IMG/VR virus record: IMGVR_UViG_3300046787_000286
Location: 150,007-214,006 of that record
DNA: 64,000 nt
Direction: 5' to 3' (one strand)
The notes below the pieces were generated by a model. That model did no database searches. It was not told the origin of the DNA and saw only the letters and a list, made by a program, of their open reading frames with translations. Position 1 is the first letter of the stretch. Every line of letters starts with the position of its first letter. This document shows, piece after piece, positions 53,816 to 62,713 of the stretch. The translations under genes and the position numbers were made by a program.

Positions 53816-54085
53816 ATGATACGATTTTTTAAAAACTTATTCAAAGGCAAGGAACCTATTCCTGCGCCCGAAGCACCTTACAAGGTAGAAACGCCAGTTA
53901 CTAAAGTTGCCGCAGTAAATGCACAACCTGTTGTTGCCGAGGTAGTAACTGCCAAGGCTGTTACCAAGGCACCTGCTAAGAAACGCACGTTTGTTAAACG
54001 TGAAGAAGGTGGCGTTGCCAAAGTAGCACCTGTCAAAGCAAAGCCCAAGGCACCTGCAAAACCCAAGGCACCTAAAGCAAAATAA
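53816..54085 (+). CDS. Lys/Ala/Pro-rich low-complexity protein
   Basis: TAAATA and GGAGG upstream; APYKVETP, KAPAKPK repeats. Confidence 0.7.
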   Translation: MIRFFKNLFKGKEPIPAPEAPYKVETPVTKVAAVNAQPVVAEVVTAKAVTKAPAKKRTFVKREEGGVAKVAPVKAKPKAPAKPKAPKAK

Positions 54086-54107
54086 AAAGCCCCGAAAGGG
54101 GCTTTTT
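54084..54107. terminator. bidirectional intrinsic terminator
   Basis: AAAAAGCCCC-GAAA-GGGGCTTTTT between convergent genes. Confidence 0.9.
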
Positions 54108-54409
54108 TATTGAAATATCATTCTGGCTAGTGCTACACTATCTATGCTGACTAACAAGAAGTAGTTGGCTAACATACCTAGACTCTTTCGTGTCCATGCC
54201 GCCCATGCAAAGATAACGCATTGTGTAATGAACAATGGGTATAGGATCAAGAAAGGCGGATTAGGAACAGTTAGCATCATAGTAAATGAGCATCCGATAC
54301 TCAAGAACCATGCCAAGATTTCTAATCCACAACGTAGAGGATTACTGCGCCAGTCCTCCCGTATCCATGCAACAATATTAAGCAGTAAATTGTTCATACA
54401 GTTGTTCAC
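54107..54409 (-). CDS. 3-TM membrane protein
   Basis: Hydrophobic segments, PPFL.LYP. Confidence 0.7.
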   Translation of the reverse strand: MNNCMNNLLLNIVAWIREDWRSNPLRCGLEILAWFLSIGCSFTMMLTVPNPPFLILYPLFITQCVIFAWAAWTRKSLGMLANYFLLVSIDSVALARMIFQ

Positions 54410-55400
54410 TTGCTAGATTCTTGCTCTTGGCCTCGCACTGAATATCAAAGTTGTCAGCAAAGCCTAACACCCAGTCATTACAAGCTGTATTCCACATCAT
54501 ATCAGAGTGTGCGCGGAGCTTTTGCTTTTTAAAACCTCCAGCAAGAAGTTGATCAAGGTCTGGTCGAACTCCTGTATCATGACCAACCAAAACATCTTCG
54601 CGGCTAACAGAGTAGTGAAGAGTAGGACGCTGGTCGCGCCAAGACTCAATAACCCGCATCGTGCGAGCGTCCTTGGGATCGATGTACTCGCCGGAATTAA
54701 TCCAATGGTGGTGAACGTCCAGAACAAGAGCAACATGCTCAGCCACAAGTAAAGTACTATCAAGTCCATTTGTCATCTCGTCGTTTTCGATGGAAATTAA
54801 GTTCCTGGCCTCTGGAGTGAGACGACCTAGTGTCTTCAGGAATTTAGTGGCACCACCTTTGCCACTCAAATGCACGTTTATTTTAAATCCATGATCATGC
54901 CAACTTGAACCGTAACCCATCCAGCGAGCCATGTCCGCGTGATACTCAAATTCGAGTATCGAACGTTCCACGATGTCGTCGGACTCACTAGCCAGTACAC
55001 AGAATTGCCCAGGGTGAAACGACAATCGAACACCAAGTTCTCGAGCACGAGCACCAATCGGAGCAAAGATTCGGGCACAGTGATCTTGAACATCTTGCTG
55101 TTGCCAAAACGGAATCCAATCTTCATGTGTGTATCCTTGTAGCATTTCTGAGCCCAGGCGCACCATGCGGCGGCCTTCGGGCATGGCACCCACACGTTCC
55201 ACCATAAGCAGAGCCGCACGAGCATTGTGATTCATAATGTCCCACTGACGCTGTTCTGCTTCGCTCTTGTGTTCGCGAAGCCAGCGCATTGTAGTAGAAC
55301 GCCCGTTTAGTTCACGGCTCTCAACTGTGGGCTTGCGACCCGCAGTTTCAGAGGGATGATCGAGCCATTTGCAGCAAAAGCCAATTCGAGGTGTATTCAT
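54378..55400 (-). CDS. uvsE: UV-damage endonuclease (predicted leaderless)
   Basis: RIGFCC, RLSFHPGQF, INVH, IENDE, LDVHHH, HYS, HSD, EAKSK; TTGACA-17-TATAAT at 55407-55435. Confidence 0.93.
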   Translation of the reverse strand: MNTPRIGFCCKWLDHPSETAGRKPTVESRELNGRSTTMRWLREHKSEAEQRQWDIMNHNARAALLMVERVGAMPEGRRMVRLGSEMLQGYTHEDWIPFWQQQDVQDHCARIFAPIGARARELGVRLSFHPGQFCVLASESDDIVERSILEFEYHADMARWMGYGSSWHDHGFKINVHLSGKGGATKFLKTLGRLTPEARNLISIENDEMTNGLDSTLLVAEHVALVLDVHHHWINSGEYIDPKDARTMRVIESWRDQRPTLHYSVSREDVLVGHDTGVRPDLDQLLAGGFKKQKLRAHSDMMWNTACNDWVLGFADNFDIQCEAKSKNLASEQLYEQFTA

Positions 55401-55417
55401 GATGTAATTATACAACA

Positions 55418-55972
55418 TTACGAAAATTGTGTCAACACGTTATCTAACTTGTCAAACAACAAATTTGGTAAATCTTTGAACATTTTTTCAATTTGATCTG
55501 GGTGGTCCAAAATAACCCATTGGATTGTAGGGTTATCTTTTACAAGATGTAATACATATTGCTTATAATTGTGCCACTTATGGATAGCCAATTTATCTGT
55601 GCCAAGATCCTTGGGCTGCAAATCAAACCCAACTAACAATACAATATCGCTATTAGAAGTTGACAAGTGCATACTCACAATATCATCTGGATGGTCTACT
55701 ATTTCGTGAAAGTCACCTTGATATAACTTAACACCCGGTGGCCTACCAATTGACTGATATGCAGAATTAGGCACATACAAATTGCATCTTGTATGGAAAC
55801 TTCTATTAACTAAATCCTGTGCCTCTGGCTCGGAGTGACATATGACATTGTCAGTTGCGTAACTGCGCCAGGTGCGCCAGCCACCCCAAAATGGACCAAC
55901 GCTTTTGAGTCGTTCTATATCTATAGTTGGATGTATAGTTGCAGCATCGGCTAGTACCCAGGATATTTTCAT
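55418..55972 (-). CDS. Maf/DUF115-like or sialyltransferase-fold protein (degenerate)
   Basis: G..WG.....S..TDNVIC ... IVLLVGFDL pattern. Confidence 0.45.
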   Translation of the reverse strand: MKISWVLADAATIHPTIDIERLKSVGPFWGGWRTWRSYATDNVICHSEPEAQDLVNRSFHTRCNLYVPNSAYQSIGRPPGVKLYQGDFHEIVDHPDDIVSMHLSTSNSDIVLLVGFDLQPKDLGTDKLAIHKWHNYKQYVLHLVKDNPTIQWVILDHPDQIEKMFKDLPNLLFDKLDNVLTQFS

Positions 55973-57231
55973 TCAACTGCCTTGATTAATTTCCATTTAA
56001 ACCCGCCCAAGCATTGCCACGCAAACACCGGGTTCTCAACAGTAGGGTTAGCATTAAAAACAATATCACCTTTGGTTCCAGAATAGTTCGGAACTTCGGT
56101 TCCGTGACTGACTTTATGAATTCCCACTTGCAATTGCTTGATTGATGTAAGGCCAACATCACTAATTTCAATAGCAGGGGTTTTGTTAACGCCGATCGAC
56201 AATGCTTGTTTTCTAGTTGTGCCAATGAATCCAGTTTGGTTTTTAAATTTACCAGCAGAAATAGTAACTTCTTCATCCCATATACTCAGTGCCATGTCCG
56301 GATCAGCAGTATTGATACCAACACGTCTTTTTGTAACACTCATTGTTTCAGCTAAGTTAGTTTCGCCTGTTACTGTTAATTTTGATAGCACACCAACTGA
56401 CTGTAAATTACTTTCCGTGATAGTACGTGCTAATTTACCCGAATCAACCAGCAGCTCTCCGCTGATTTTAACTTTATCAAAATCAATTCCTTGATCTGTA
56501 ATAGCTTCTTTAACTTGCTTTACTAATGATTCTTTCCACTTAGCATCAAGTTTTTCAAATGTTTTTGTACCAACATTGTTTGCTAGCTCTTGCCAGGCGT
56601 AGTTGTCTGTATTGATAGACCCTTTGACTACCAGGTCCTTGACAGTCAATGAGTTTACAGCCGAAATATCTTTTGCTGTGAAATTGTTTTCAACTACAAC
56701 ATGAGCATCAAGCACTGTTAGCTCAACTGATTCTGAGTTAGACTGTATTCCTTTAAAGACTGAGGTGTTTAGATTTTTTACAGTCTCTTCTATGCTTTGT
56801 TTGATGATAGGACGAATATCAGTGCTTGACAAACTTGCCAACACACGTTGAGTGGCATGTTGATTGACCACTGTTTCAATTTTTTCAAGCCACACAGGAT
56901 CTAATGTTAGTTCTGAAATAGCTTGCTTAATCAAATCCTGTGTACTGTCATTAATGCTACGAGTAATAAATCCGTAATCAATATATTGGGCCAATCCAGG
57001 AATCTTGCCACTGTGAAACAAGTCCTTTACTGAGGACTTAACTGCATCAATGAGCTCTGGCATTGCTTCGCTGTTAGCAAACTTTGCAACAACTCGATCT
57101 TGAATAAACTTAATAGCATCTGCTTCTACAGTCTTGAGCCATTCTTCAGACATTGTTTGCTGGATTTTATCAGCAACTTCTTTTTTAACTTGTTGTTCAA
57201 CTAATTGTTGTAATGCATTGGAATCAAGCAT
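55969..57231 (-). CDS. helical N-terminus plus fibre-like beta C-terminus, probable virion-associated protein
   Basis: SNLQSVGVL, RVGINT.DP, KGDIVFN..P....W.CLGG..W. Confidence 0.6.
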   Translation of the reverse strand: MLDSNALQQLVEQQVKKEVADKIQQTMSEEWLKTVEADAIKFIQDRVVAKFANSEAMPELIDAVKSSVKDLFHSGKIPGLAQYIDYGFITRSINDSTQDLIKQAISELTLDPVWLEKIETVVNQHATQRVLASLSSTDIRPIIKQSIEETVKNLNTSVFKGIQSNSESVELTVLDAHVVVENNFTAKDISAVNSLTVKDLVVKGSINTDNYAWQELANNVGTKTFEKLDAKWKESLVKQVKEAITDQGIDFDKVKISGELLVDSGKLARTITESNLQSVGVLSKLTVTGETNLAETMSVTKRRVGINTADPDMALSIWDEEVTISAGKFKNQTGFIGTTRKQALSIGVNKTPAIEISDVGLTSIKQLQVGIHKVSHGTEVPNYSGTKGDIVFNANPTVENPVFAWQCLGGFKWKLIKAVE

Positions 57232-58144
57232 GTTCTCTCCATAAATCTAACGTAACACAATGAAATCCGCCGCCCAGTGTACGACTGTGACGTAGTGTTA
57301 GAGGAATAACCGTGAATCCCCGTTTCTCCAAACTAGCGTGAAGCCCTGTTTGTTGAGCGTCACATATAACAGTTTGGGGGTCCACAACGAGCATATTAAG
57401 GGCGATCCATTTACTAGCATACGGGTACTGGTAAAAATCTTGAGGTTCAACGTCATCCACATAAATCTTCTCCCAATCCTGGAAAACTCTTGGACAATTT
57501 TCTTCTGTAACTCGGCTTCCATTTAATAATACCAACCCTTCTCTCAAAGGAACAATTGTGCTGTCAATATGCACACCTGCATAGAAGTTGCACAGCTCAA
57601 TTTTAACATCAGGCAATATATTACACAACCAATCGTATGCAGCCCGATTACCCGACGACGACTCCAAGAATAGCATTTTGTCTTTGCCTAGTCGACACAC
57701 ATTAGCAGCATCTAACACAAAGCCTTCGTTACGTGGCATAAAATGATACTGGGTTGCTGCATCAACAATATCGTGGTAACATTGCAATTCCATGTCACGA
57801 CAAGGATACATCATGGCAGGATTTACAATAGTATCTCCATGTACAAGCAATCGGTCACGAGGGCAATAATTGTACAGGCCATCATGCACCTGAAAGTTTA
57901 AAGGATCTGGACGAACTACATCTACCCCAAGACTGACCAATGTACTACATAACTTTTGTAGGTCCTGTTCAGTTTCGTCAATAATCCACTGAGGTACCGG
58001 ACCGCTCGGTAACGGAGTTTCTTTCCATAACGTGTTTTGTTCTTCTGCTCTAAATATTTTGTCATGTACTGGCCAATTTGCATGCTCGGCTGTTCCTACA
58101 ACAACCTTTTTAAGTGGATCCCACTCGTTATAACTTGATATCAT
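57224..58144 (-). CDS. amidinotransferase (glycine / inosamine-phosphate amidinotransferase family)
   Basis: NEWDPLKKVVVG, CPRD, DAAN, HIDST, GGGFHCVTLD (catalytic Asp/His/Cys). Confidence 0.92.
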   Translation of the reverse strand: MISSYNEWDPLKKVVVGTAEHANWPVHDKIFRAEEQNTLWKETPLPSGPVPQWIIDETEQDLQKLCSTLVSLGVDVVRPDPLNFQVHDGLYNYCPRDRLLVHGDTIVNPAMMYPCRDMELQCYHDIVDAATQYHFMPRNEGFVLDAANVCRLGKDKMLFLESSSGNRAAYDWLCNILPDVKIELCNFYAGVHIDSTIVPLREGLVLLNGSRVTEENCPRVFQDWEKIYVDDVEPQDFYQYPYASKWIALNMLVVDPQTVICDAQQTGLHASLEKRGFTVIPLTLRHSRTLGGGFHCVTLDLWREHA

Positions 58145-58659
58145 ATATGCCCTGTAATCTGAAGAGTATATCTATCTTCTATCCCAATGTTTGCAGCCAT
58201 ATGTGGCTCATCATATACCCATTCAACGGTATCTCCTGCACGCCAACATGTGTATGGTTTTCCTGCCACTTCGAGATAGTGTCCGGATTTCCAATCTTCC
58301 AACAACACTAACGAACGTCTAATAGTTGTTTCTTTGCCTTGTAAATTAAACAGCTCAATATACCGCTTGTATAGGTCTCTATGAACTGGCATCACTGTGC
58401 CAGTTGGCATACGATAAAACGCAAGCCCGACATCTTGCCAGCCTTGCTGTTCGTATATGTTAATAAACGTCTTTGCCCAGGCAGGTAATCGATGGCGCAT
58501 ATCGCACAGGTCACCAGTAATTTTATTTTGGTAACCTTGCGAGATCCAGAGTTCAACACTGCTTGGATCATTGAACGGTTCCTGGATGTAATCTAATGTT
58601 TTAAACTCATCATCCCAAAACCGTTCTATACGATATTTAAGCGGCACGTGTATTGCCAT
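58141..58659 (-). CDS. 2OG-Fe(II) oxygenase (Asp/Asn hydroxylase-like)
   Basis: MPVHRD (HxD), PHMAAN, RYTLQITG. Confidence 0.8.
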   Translation of the reverse strand: MAIHVPLKYRIERFWDDEFKTLDYIQEPFNDPSSVELWISQGYQNKITGDLCDMRHRLPAWAKTFINIYEQQGWQDVGLAFYRMPTGTVMPVHRDLYKRYIELFNLQGKETTIRRSLVLLEDWKSGHYLEVAGKPYTCWRAGDTVEWVYDEPHMAANIGIEDRYTLQITGHI

Positions 58660-59878
58660 AGTGGACAACTTCGATCTTGTCTGTTGATTTGAGTTTGCGC
58701 CATGGGTCAACAATCATTGACCCATCTGGGATAGCACAATACGGCTGTGTCTTGTCTTGGTCGCCTGTGTATTCGTAAGTAATTTGGCGGTCATGTGCCC
58801 ACAAGATGATGCTTGCTTGTTCAATGCTGTCAACTACTTTATCCTTGTTATCAGCTAGTGGATCAATATAAACAACTGACTTGCCTTCTTGCTCAATATA
58901 ATGACCTACCAATGTTGAGTAACTACCGATACAGTACTCAACATCTGGCTTGTATGCTTTGCCATGGATCACAATCGGCATGTTATCGTGCATCACACTC
59001 AAGTCCAGCAAGAACATTGCAAGGTTCTTTGCTTGGATTTCACGAGCATGCATAACTGTGTCGAACAAGTCGTAACCAATGTTGTATTCCTGTGCTAGCC
59101 AACGTAGAGCAATATTGTCTCGTGGGTGGCAAGCACCTGCATCGCCCATGCCAGCAGTCATGTACTTGGGTCCCATGATACGCATAGTGCTTCGTGCCAA
59201 GGCATTTGTAACAACATCAACATCGATATTACCAATACGCAAAGCAAAGTCTTGAATCATGTTCACTAAGCCAACTTTAGCACTGATGAATGTGTTGTAA
59301 AAGATTTTAATTGCTTCGCATTCGTCCCAGGTGCCAATTTCGTAGCGAGGATTGTTCTGCATAACAGTATCATACAATGCACGAAGCTCACCTGCTAATG
59401 CATTAGGATTTCCGTCCTCGGTACCAATCATAATCATCTCAGGATTAACCATGTCCCACTTAACTGATCCCATAGCAATCAAATAAGGGTTGTACAAGAA
59501 TTGATGTTTCTTGTCCAGCAACGGGTAAAAGTGTTTGCGAGTTGTGCCTGGTAATACTGTAGAGATTAGTACAACTTTTTTAGAGTCTTTGGCATATTTG
59601 TTAATGTTGTTAATAGCATCGAGCACAGCATCTCGGCCAAAATCTCGTGGTTCCATGTGCGAGCTAGGGACTGATCCGTCATATCCTTCTGCATGCGGAG
59701 TTGGCACAGCGATAAAAATCCATTCGCTTTCGTTCACAAGCTCTTCAATCTCACAAACTTTTACCGAGTCGCTTGTGCGTGGGTAAATATCGTAGCCCCA
59801 AACTTCGTGCTTTTCTGCCATAACTTCAGCGCAATCGAGGCCAAGTTTTCCAATTCCAATAAAACCAATTTTTGACAT
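58637..59878 (-). CDS. ugd: UDP-glucose/GDP-mannose dehydrogenase family
   Basis: GIGKLG, IAVPTP, STVLPGT, K..YN.F, GACHPRD, YKP. Confidence 0.88.
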   Translation of the reverse strand: MSKIGFIGIGKLGLDCAEVMAEKHEVWGYDIYPRTSDSVKVCEIEELVNESEWIFIAVPTPHAEGYDGSVPSSHMEPRDFGRDAVLDAINNINKYAKDSKKVVLISTVLPGTTRKHFYPLLDKKHQFLYNPYLIAMGSVKWDMVNPEMIMIGTEDGNPNALAGELRALYDTVMQNNPRYEIGTWDECEAIKIFYNTFISAKVGLVNMIQDFALRIGNIDVDVVTNALARSTMRIMGPKYMTAGMGDAGACHPRDNIALRWLAQEYNIGYDLFDTVMHAREIQAKNLAMFLLDLSVMHDNMPIVIHGKAYKPDVEYCIGSYSTLVGHYIEQEGKSVVYIDPLADNKDKVVDSIEQASIILWAHDRQITYEYTGDQDKTQPYCAIPDGSMIVDPWRKLKSTDKIEVVHYGNTRAA

Positions 59879-59881
59879 ATT

Positions 59882-61171
59882 ATGAGTATTCCTTTAGATC
59901 GTCTGTATCACCACATAGAAAATTTAAGCGGTGATAATATATTAATTTATCGCTGGGTGCCACATGGCTCAAAAAAAATCAGCGATCTGCAACCGTTGTA
60001 TCCAATTGACCGTGTTGCCCAATGGGACAAATTTATAACTTCGTTGCCAATAATCTGTCACGACCAAGAACCGTTAACACATGATTCGCACACCAGTGAC
60101 GAACTTTTAAAAATCATTATGATACAGGAACCGTTCCATAATGTAGCAGAAGATGCAGCATTGTTTATCAGAGACATAAAGCAAAAGATGCACATATATC
60201 GAGTTTACGCTTCGTCATTGTCAGTGTACGATCGATTGCTGTTGTGTCATTCAGAAAAAAACAGTGTAGAACTTGCAAAATTTGAAGCTAATGGATTTAT
60301 AGGGGTTTATTACTGGTCACATGCTCTGATTGCAAGGGACTGGTTTAGATTTGCCGAGCACGATAACTCTATTGCAAACCCTGCATTTAAATTTGCAAAT
60401 GACTTTTTGATTTACAATCGTGCTTGGCAAGGCACAAGAGAGTATAGATTAAAATTTACAGAATTATTATTAAAAAATAGTTTAATACCTAACAGCAATA
60501 TAAAATTTAACCCGCACGACAACGACATGCATTACACTCAGCACACATTTACAAATCAAAGTTTTGCTGTGACCAATGAACGGATGGAAAGATTAATTCA
60601 AATAAACGATTCGTCAAGTTCATGTAGTGCTGATTATGTAAGCACTGATTACCACGATGCCGGGTTAGAAGTTGTGCTAGAAACATTGTTTGACGATAGT
60701 CGGTTGCACTTAACTGAAAAATCTCTAAGGCCTATCGCCTGCGGGAAACCATTTATATTAGCTGCTACTCCAAACAGTCTTCAGTATCTCAGAGACTACG
60801 GATTTAAAACATTTGATGGGTTAATTGACGAATCGTATGATACTATTCAAGACCCGCTAGCTAGACTAGTTGCAATTGTTACAGAACTCAAACGTATTGC
60901 TAGCATGCCCTTTGCCGAAAAACAAAAACTTTGGGAAGACCTACATTCAATAGCTGACTATAACAAAAAGTTGTTTTTCTCAAAAGAGTGGGAATCTACA
61001 ATTTCCGACGAACTCAAAGCTAACTTAGCCGCAGCCCGCGCAGCAGCGGATCAATATTGTGCCGGAACATACTGGAGAAAAATACACACAGAATTTAAAA
61101 ACGAACGAGGTACTTCTCAAGGCAAACGATTTTTAGACAACTGGCTTAGTCAACGTGGGTACGGGTATTAA
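59882..61171 (+). CDS. glycosyltransferase-like protein (TEK..RPI family)
   Basis: HDQEPL, YNR..R.YR, VVLET...LTEKSLRPI..KPF...GFKTF..IDESYD. Confidence 0.6.
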   Translation: MSIPLDRLYHHIENLSGDNILIYRWVPHGSKKISDLQPLYPIDRVAQWDKFITSLPIICHDQEPLTHDSHTSDELLKIIMIQEPFHNVAEDAALFIRDIKQKMHIYRVYASSLSVYDRLLLCHSEKNSVELAKFEANGFIGVYYWSHALIARDWFRFAEHDNSIANPAFKFANDFLIYNRAWQGTREYRLKFTELLLKNSLIPNSNIKFNPHDNDMHYTQHTFTNQSFAVTNERMERLIQINDSSSSCSADYVSTDYHDAGLEVVLETLFDDSRLHLTEKSLRPIACGKPFILAATPNSLQYLRDYGFKTFDGLIDESYDTIQDPLARLVAIVTELKRIASMPFAEKQKLWEDLHSIADYNKKLFFSKEWESTISDELKANLAAARAAADQYCAGTYWRKIHTEFKNERGTSQGKRFLDNWLSQRGYGY

Positions 61172-61525
61172 TTATCGTTCAACTACACCGTCCCAGTCGT
61201 CGCTGGGTTCGTTGTCAACGTACTCTTGAATTCTTGTGCGAAGGATATCATAAAATGTATCTACTTCATGACCCCAAAATCCAGTCAGATGCTCCAATGC
61301 CTGAATGCAATAGTTCCAATCGCGCTTTTTATATTCAGCCAGTAAATTGCTGTGCAAATTTTTCATGCTCTCGAGTTTTGGCATGTCTAGGATAGGCATG
61401 GATTCAATTACGCAGAATGCAGTAATTTCAGTGTTTGTAGGCTTTACTCTAATTGTGTCTAGCTCTAACACAGTATATCTTTCACCAAGTGCTAATGCCT
61501 GGTCTCTTCCAAAAATTATGTTCAT
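61172..61525 (-). CDS. C-terminal fragment of a class III adenylate/guanylate cyclase with TPR-like tail
   Basis: LELDTIRVK...Y...DW......FY..L..RI.EY...P..WDGV. Confidence 0.55.
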   Translation of the reverse strand: MNIIFGRDQALALGERYTVLELDTIRVKPTNTEITAFCVIESMPILDMPKLESMKNLHSNLLAEYKKRDWNYCIQALEHLTGFWGHEVDTFYDILRTRIQEYVDNEPSDDWDGVVER

Positions 61526-61550
61526 CTCTTAATCCTTTTAAATATGTATC

Positions 61551-62339
61551 ATGGAATTTACTTTTGATTTAATTTCTGACTTACATGTCGAAACCTGGGA
61601 CAAATTTGACTGGACCAATCAGGCCACCAGTCCTTACTGTGTTGTTGCAGGTGATGTAAGTACAGATAGAAAACGGTTAACAGAGACCCTAAAACATTTG
61701 GGTAGCTGTTACCAGGGTGTGTTTTACATCGACGGCAATGATGAGCACAGAAATAATTTAGAGAACCTAGGGCAAAGTTACAAAGACCTAAGTCACTATG
61801 TTGATAAGTTTAAAAATGTAGTGTTTATGCAAGACAATGTGGTAGTAATCAATGGTGTTGCATTCTTGGCTGCAAATGGGTGGTATAGTTTCGACCTTGA
61901 CCCTAGTGTTGATTACATAAAGAGCACCGAGTGGTTTACCGAACGCTACGGGGTAAATTCAACTGTTGCTCCTGTTGTTTCGAACTTAGCAATTACTGAT
62001 GCAGCGTACTTAAAAAACAGTGTTCGTAAACTACAAATGCATCGAGATGTCAAAGCTATTGTCATGGTCACACATACTGTACCAGATTACCGGTTAGTGT
62101 CACATGATCTAGAGTTAGAAAATCACTACAGAATGAACACTACTGGAAATCCTCACTTGCAGATTGCATTAGACGAAGATTCTGAAAATAAAATCAAGGC
62201 TTGGTGTTTTGGACATTATCATAGATCAATTGATCGTACTATTGACGGCATCCGTTATGTAAACAACTGCAAAGGAAGGGGTAATACACCCTGGAGTCAG
62301 GCAGCATATTACCCCAAACGAATTACAATAAATTTTTAA
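61551..62339 (+). CDS. calcineurin-like metallophosphoesterase
   Basis: ISDLH, AGD, DGNDEH, THTVP, FGHYH. Confidence 0.88.
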   Translation: MEFTFDLISDLHVETWDKFDWTNQATSPYCVVAGDVSTDRKRLTETLKHLGSCYQGVFYIDGNDEHRNNLENLGQSYKDLSHYVDKFKNVVFMQDNVVVINGVAFLAANGWYSFDLDPSVDYIKSTEWFTERYGVNSTVAPVVSNLAITDAAYLKNSVRKLQMHRDVKAIVMVTHTVPDYRLVSHDLELENHYRMNTTGNPHLQIALDEDSENKIKAWCFGHYHRSIDRTIDGIRYVNNCKGRGNTPWSQAAYYPKRITINF

Positions 62340-62644
62340 ATAGTGTCAGGTCTGATTTCGATTTGCAAAGGATAATTTTGTTTCCTTGCGCTATGCAAAA
62401 CTTCGTGACCTTTTTGTTCTGCAATTTCAAATGGCAATACTGCTACAGTAGCTTGCCCGCCTGTGTGAATGTCTTCGGTAATCTTGAGTGCTGTCTCAGT
62501 ACTGTAATCAAAAAATTCAATCAAACTTTCAATTACAAATTCCATAGTAGTTTGGTTGTCGTTTAAGTAAATGACCTTGAACATCGAAGGTTCCTTGATC
62601 GACTCGTTGATTTTAATTTTTGTTGCGGCGTCAGCTTGCGACAT
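62336..62644 (-). CDS. clpS: ClpS N-degron adaptor
   Basis: FKVIYLNDNQTTMEFVI..L...IHTGG...EIAEQK...YPL. Confidence 0.93.
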   Translation of the reverse strand: MSQADAATKIKINESIKEPSMFKVIYLNDNQTTMEFVIESLIEFFDYSTETALKITEDIHTGGQATVAVLPFEIAEQKGHEVLHSARKQNYPLQIEIRPDTI

Positions 62645-62674
62645 ATCCAGTCCTTAAAAAATACAATTACAAAG

Positions 62675-62697
62675 CAGTGGGAGATTGACTCCCACTG
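62675..62697. terminator. GC-rich hairpin (terminator or leader structure)
   Basis: CAGTGGGAG-ATTGA-CTCCCACTG between hsp20 and clpS, next to TAAATA at 62698-62703. Confidence 0.55.
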
Positions 62698-62713
62698 TAT
62701 TTACACTATTATA

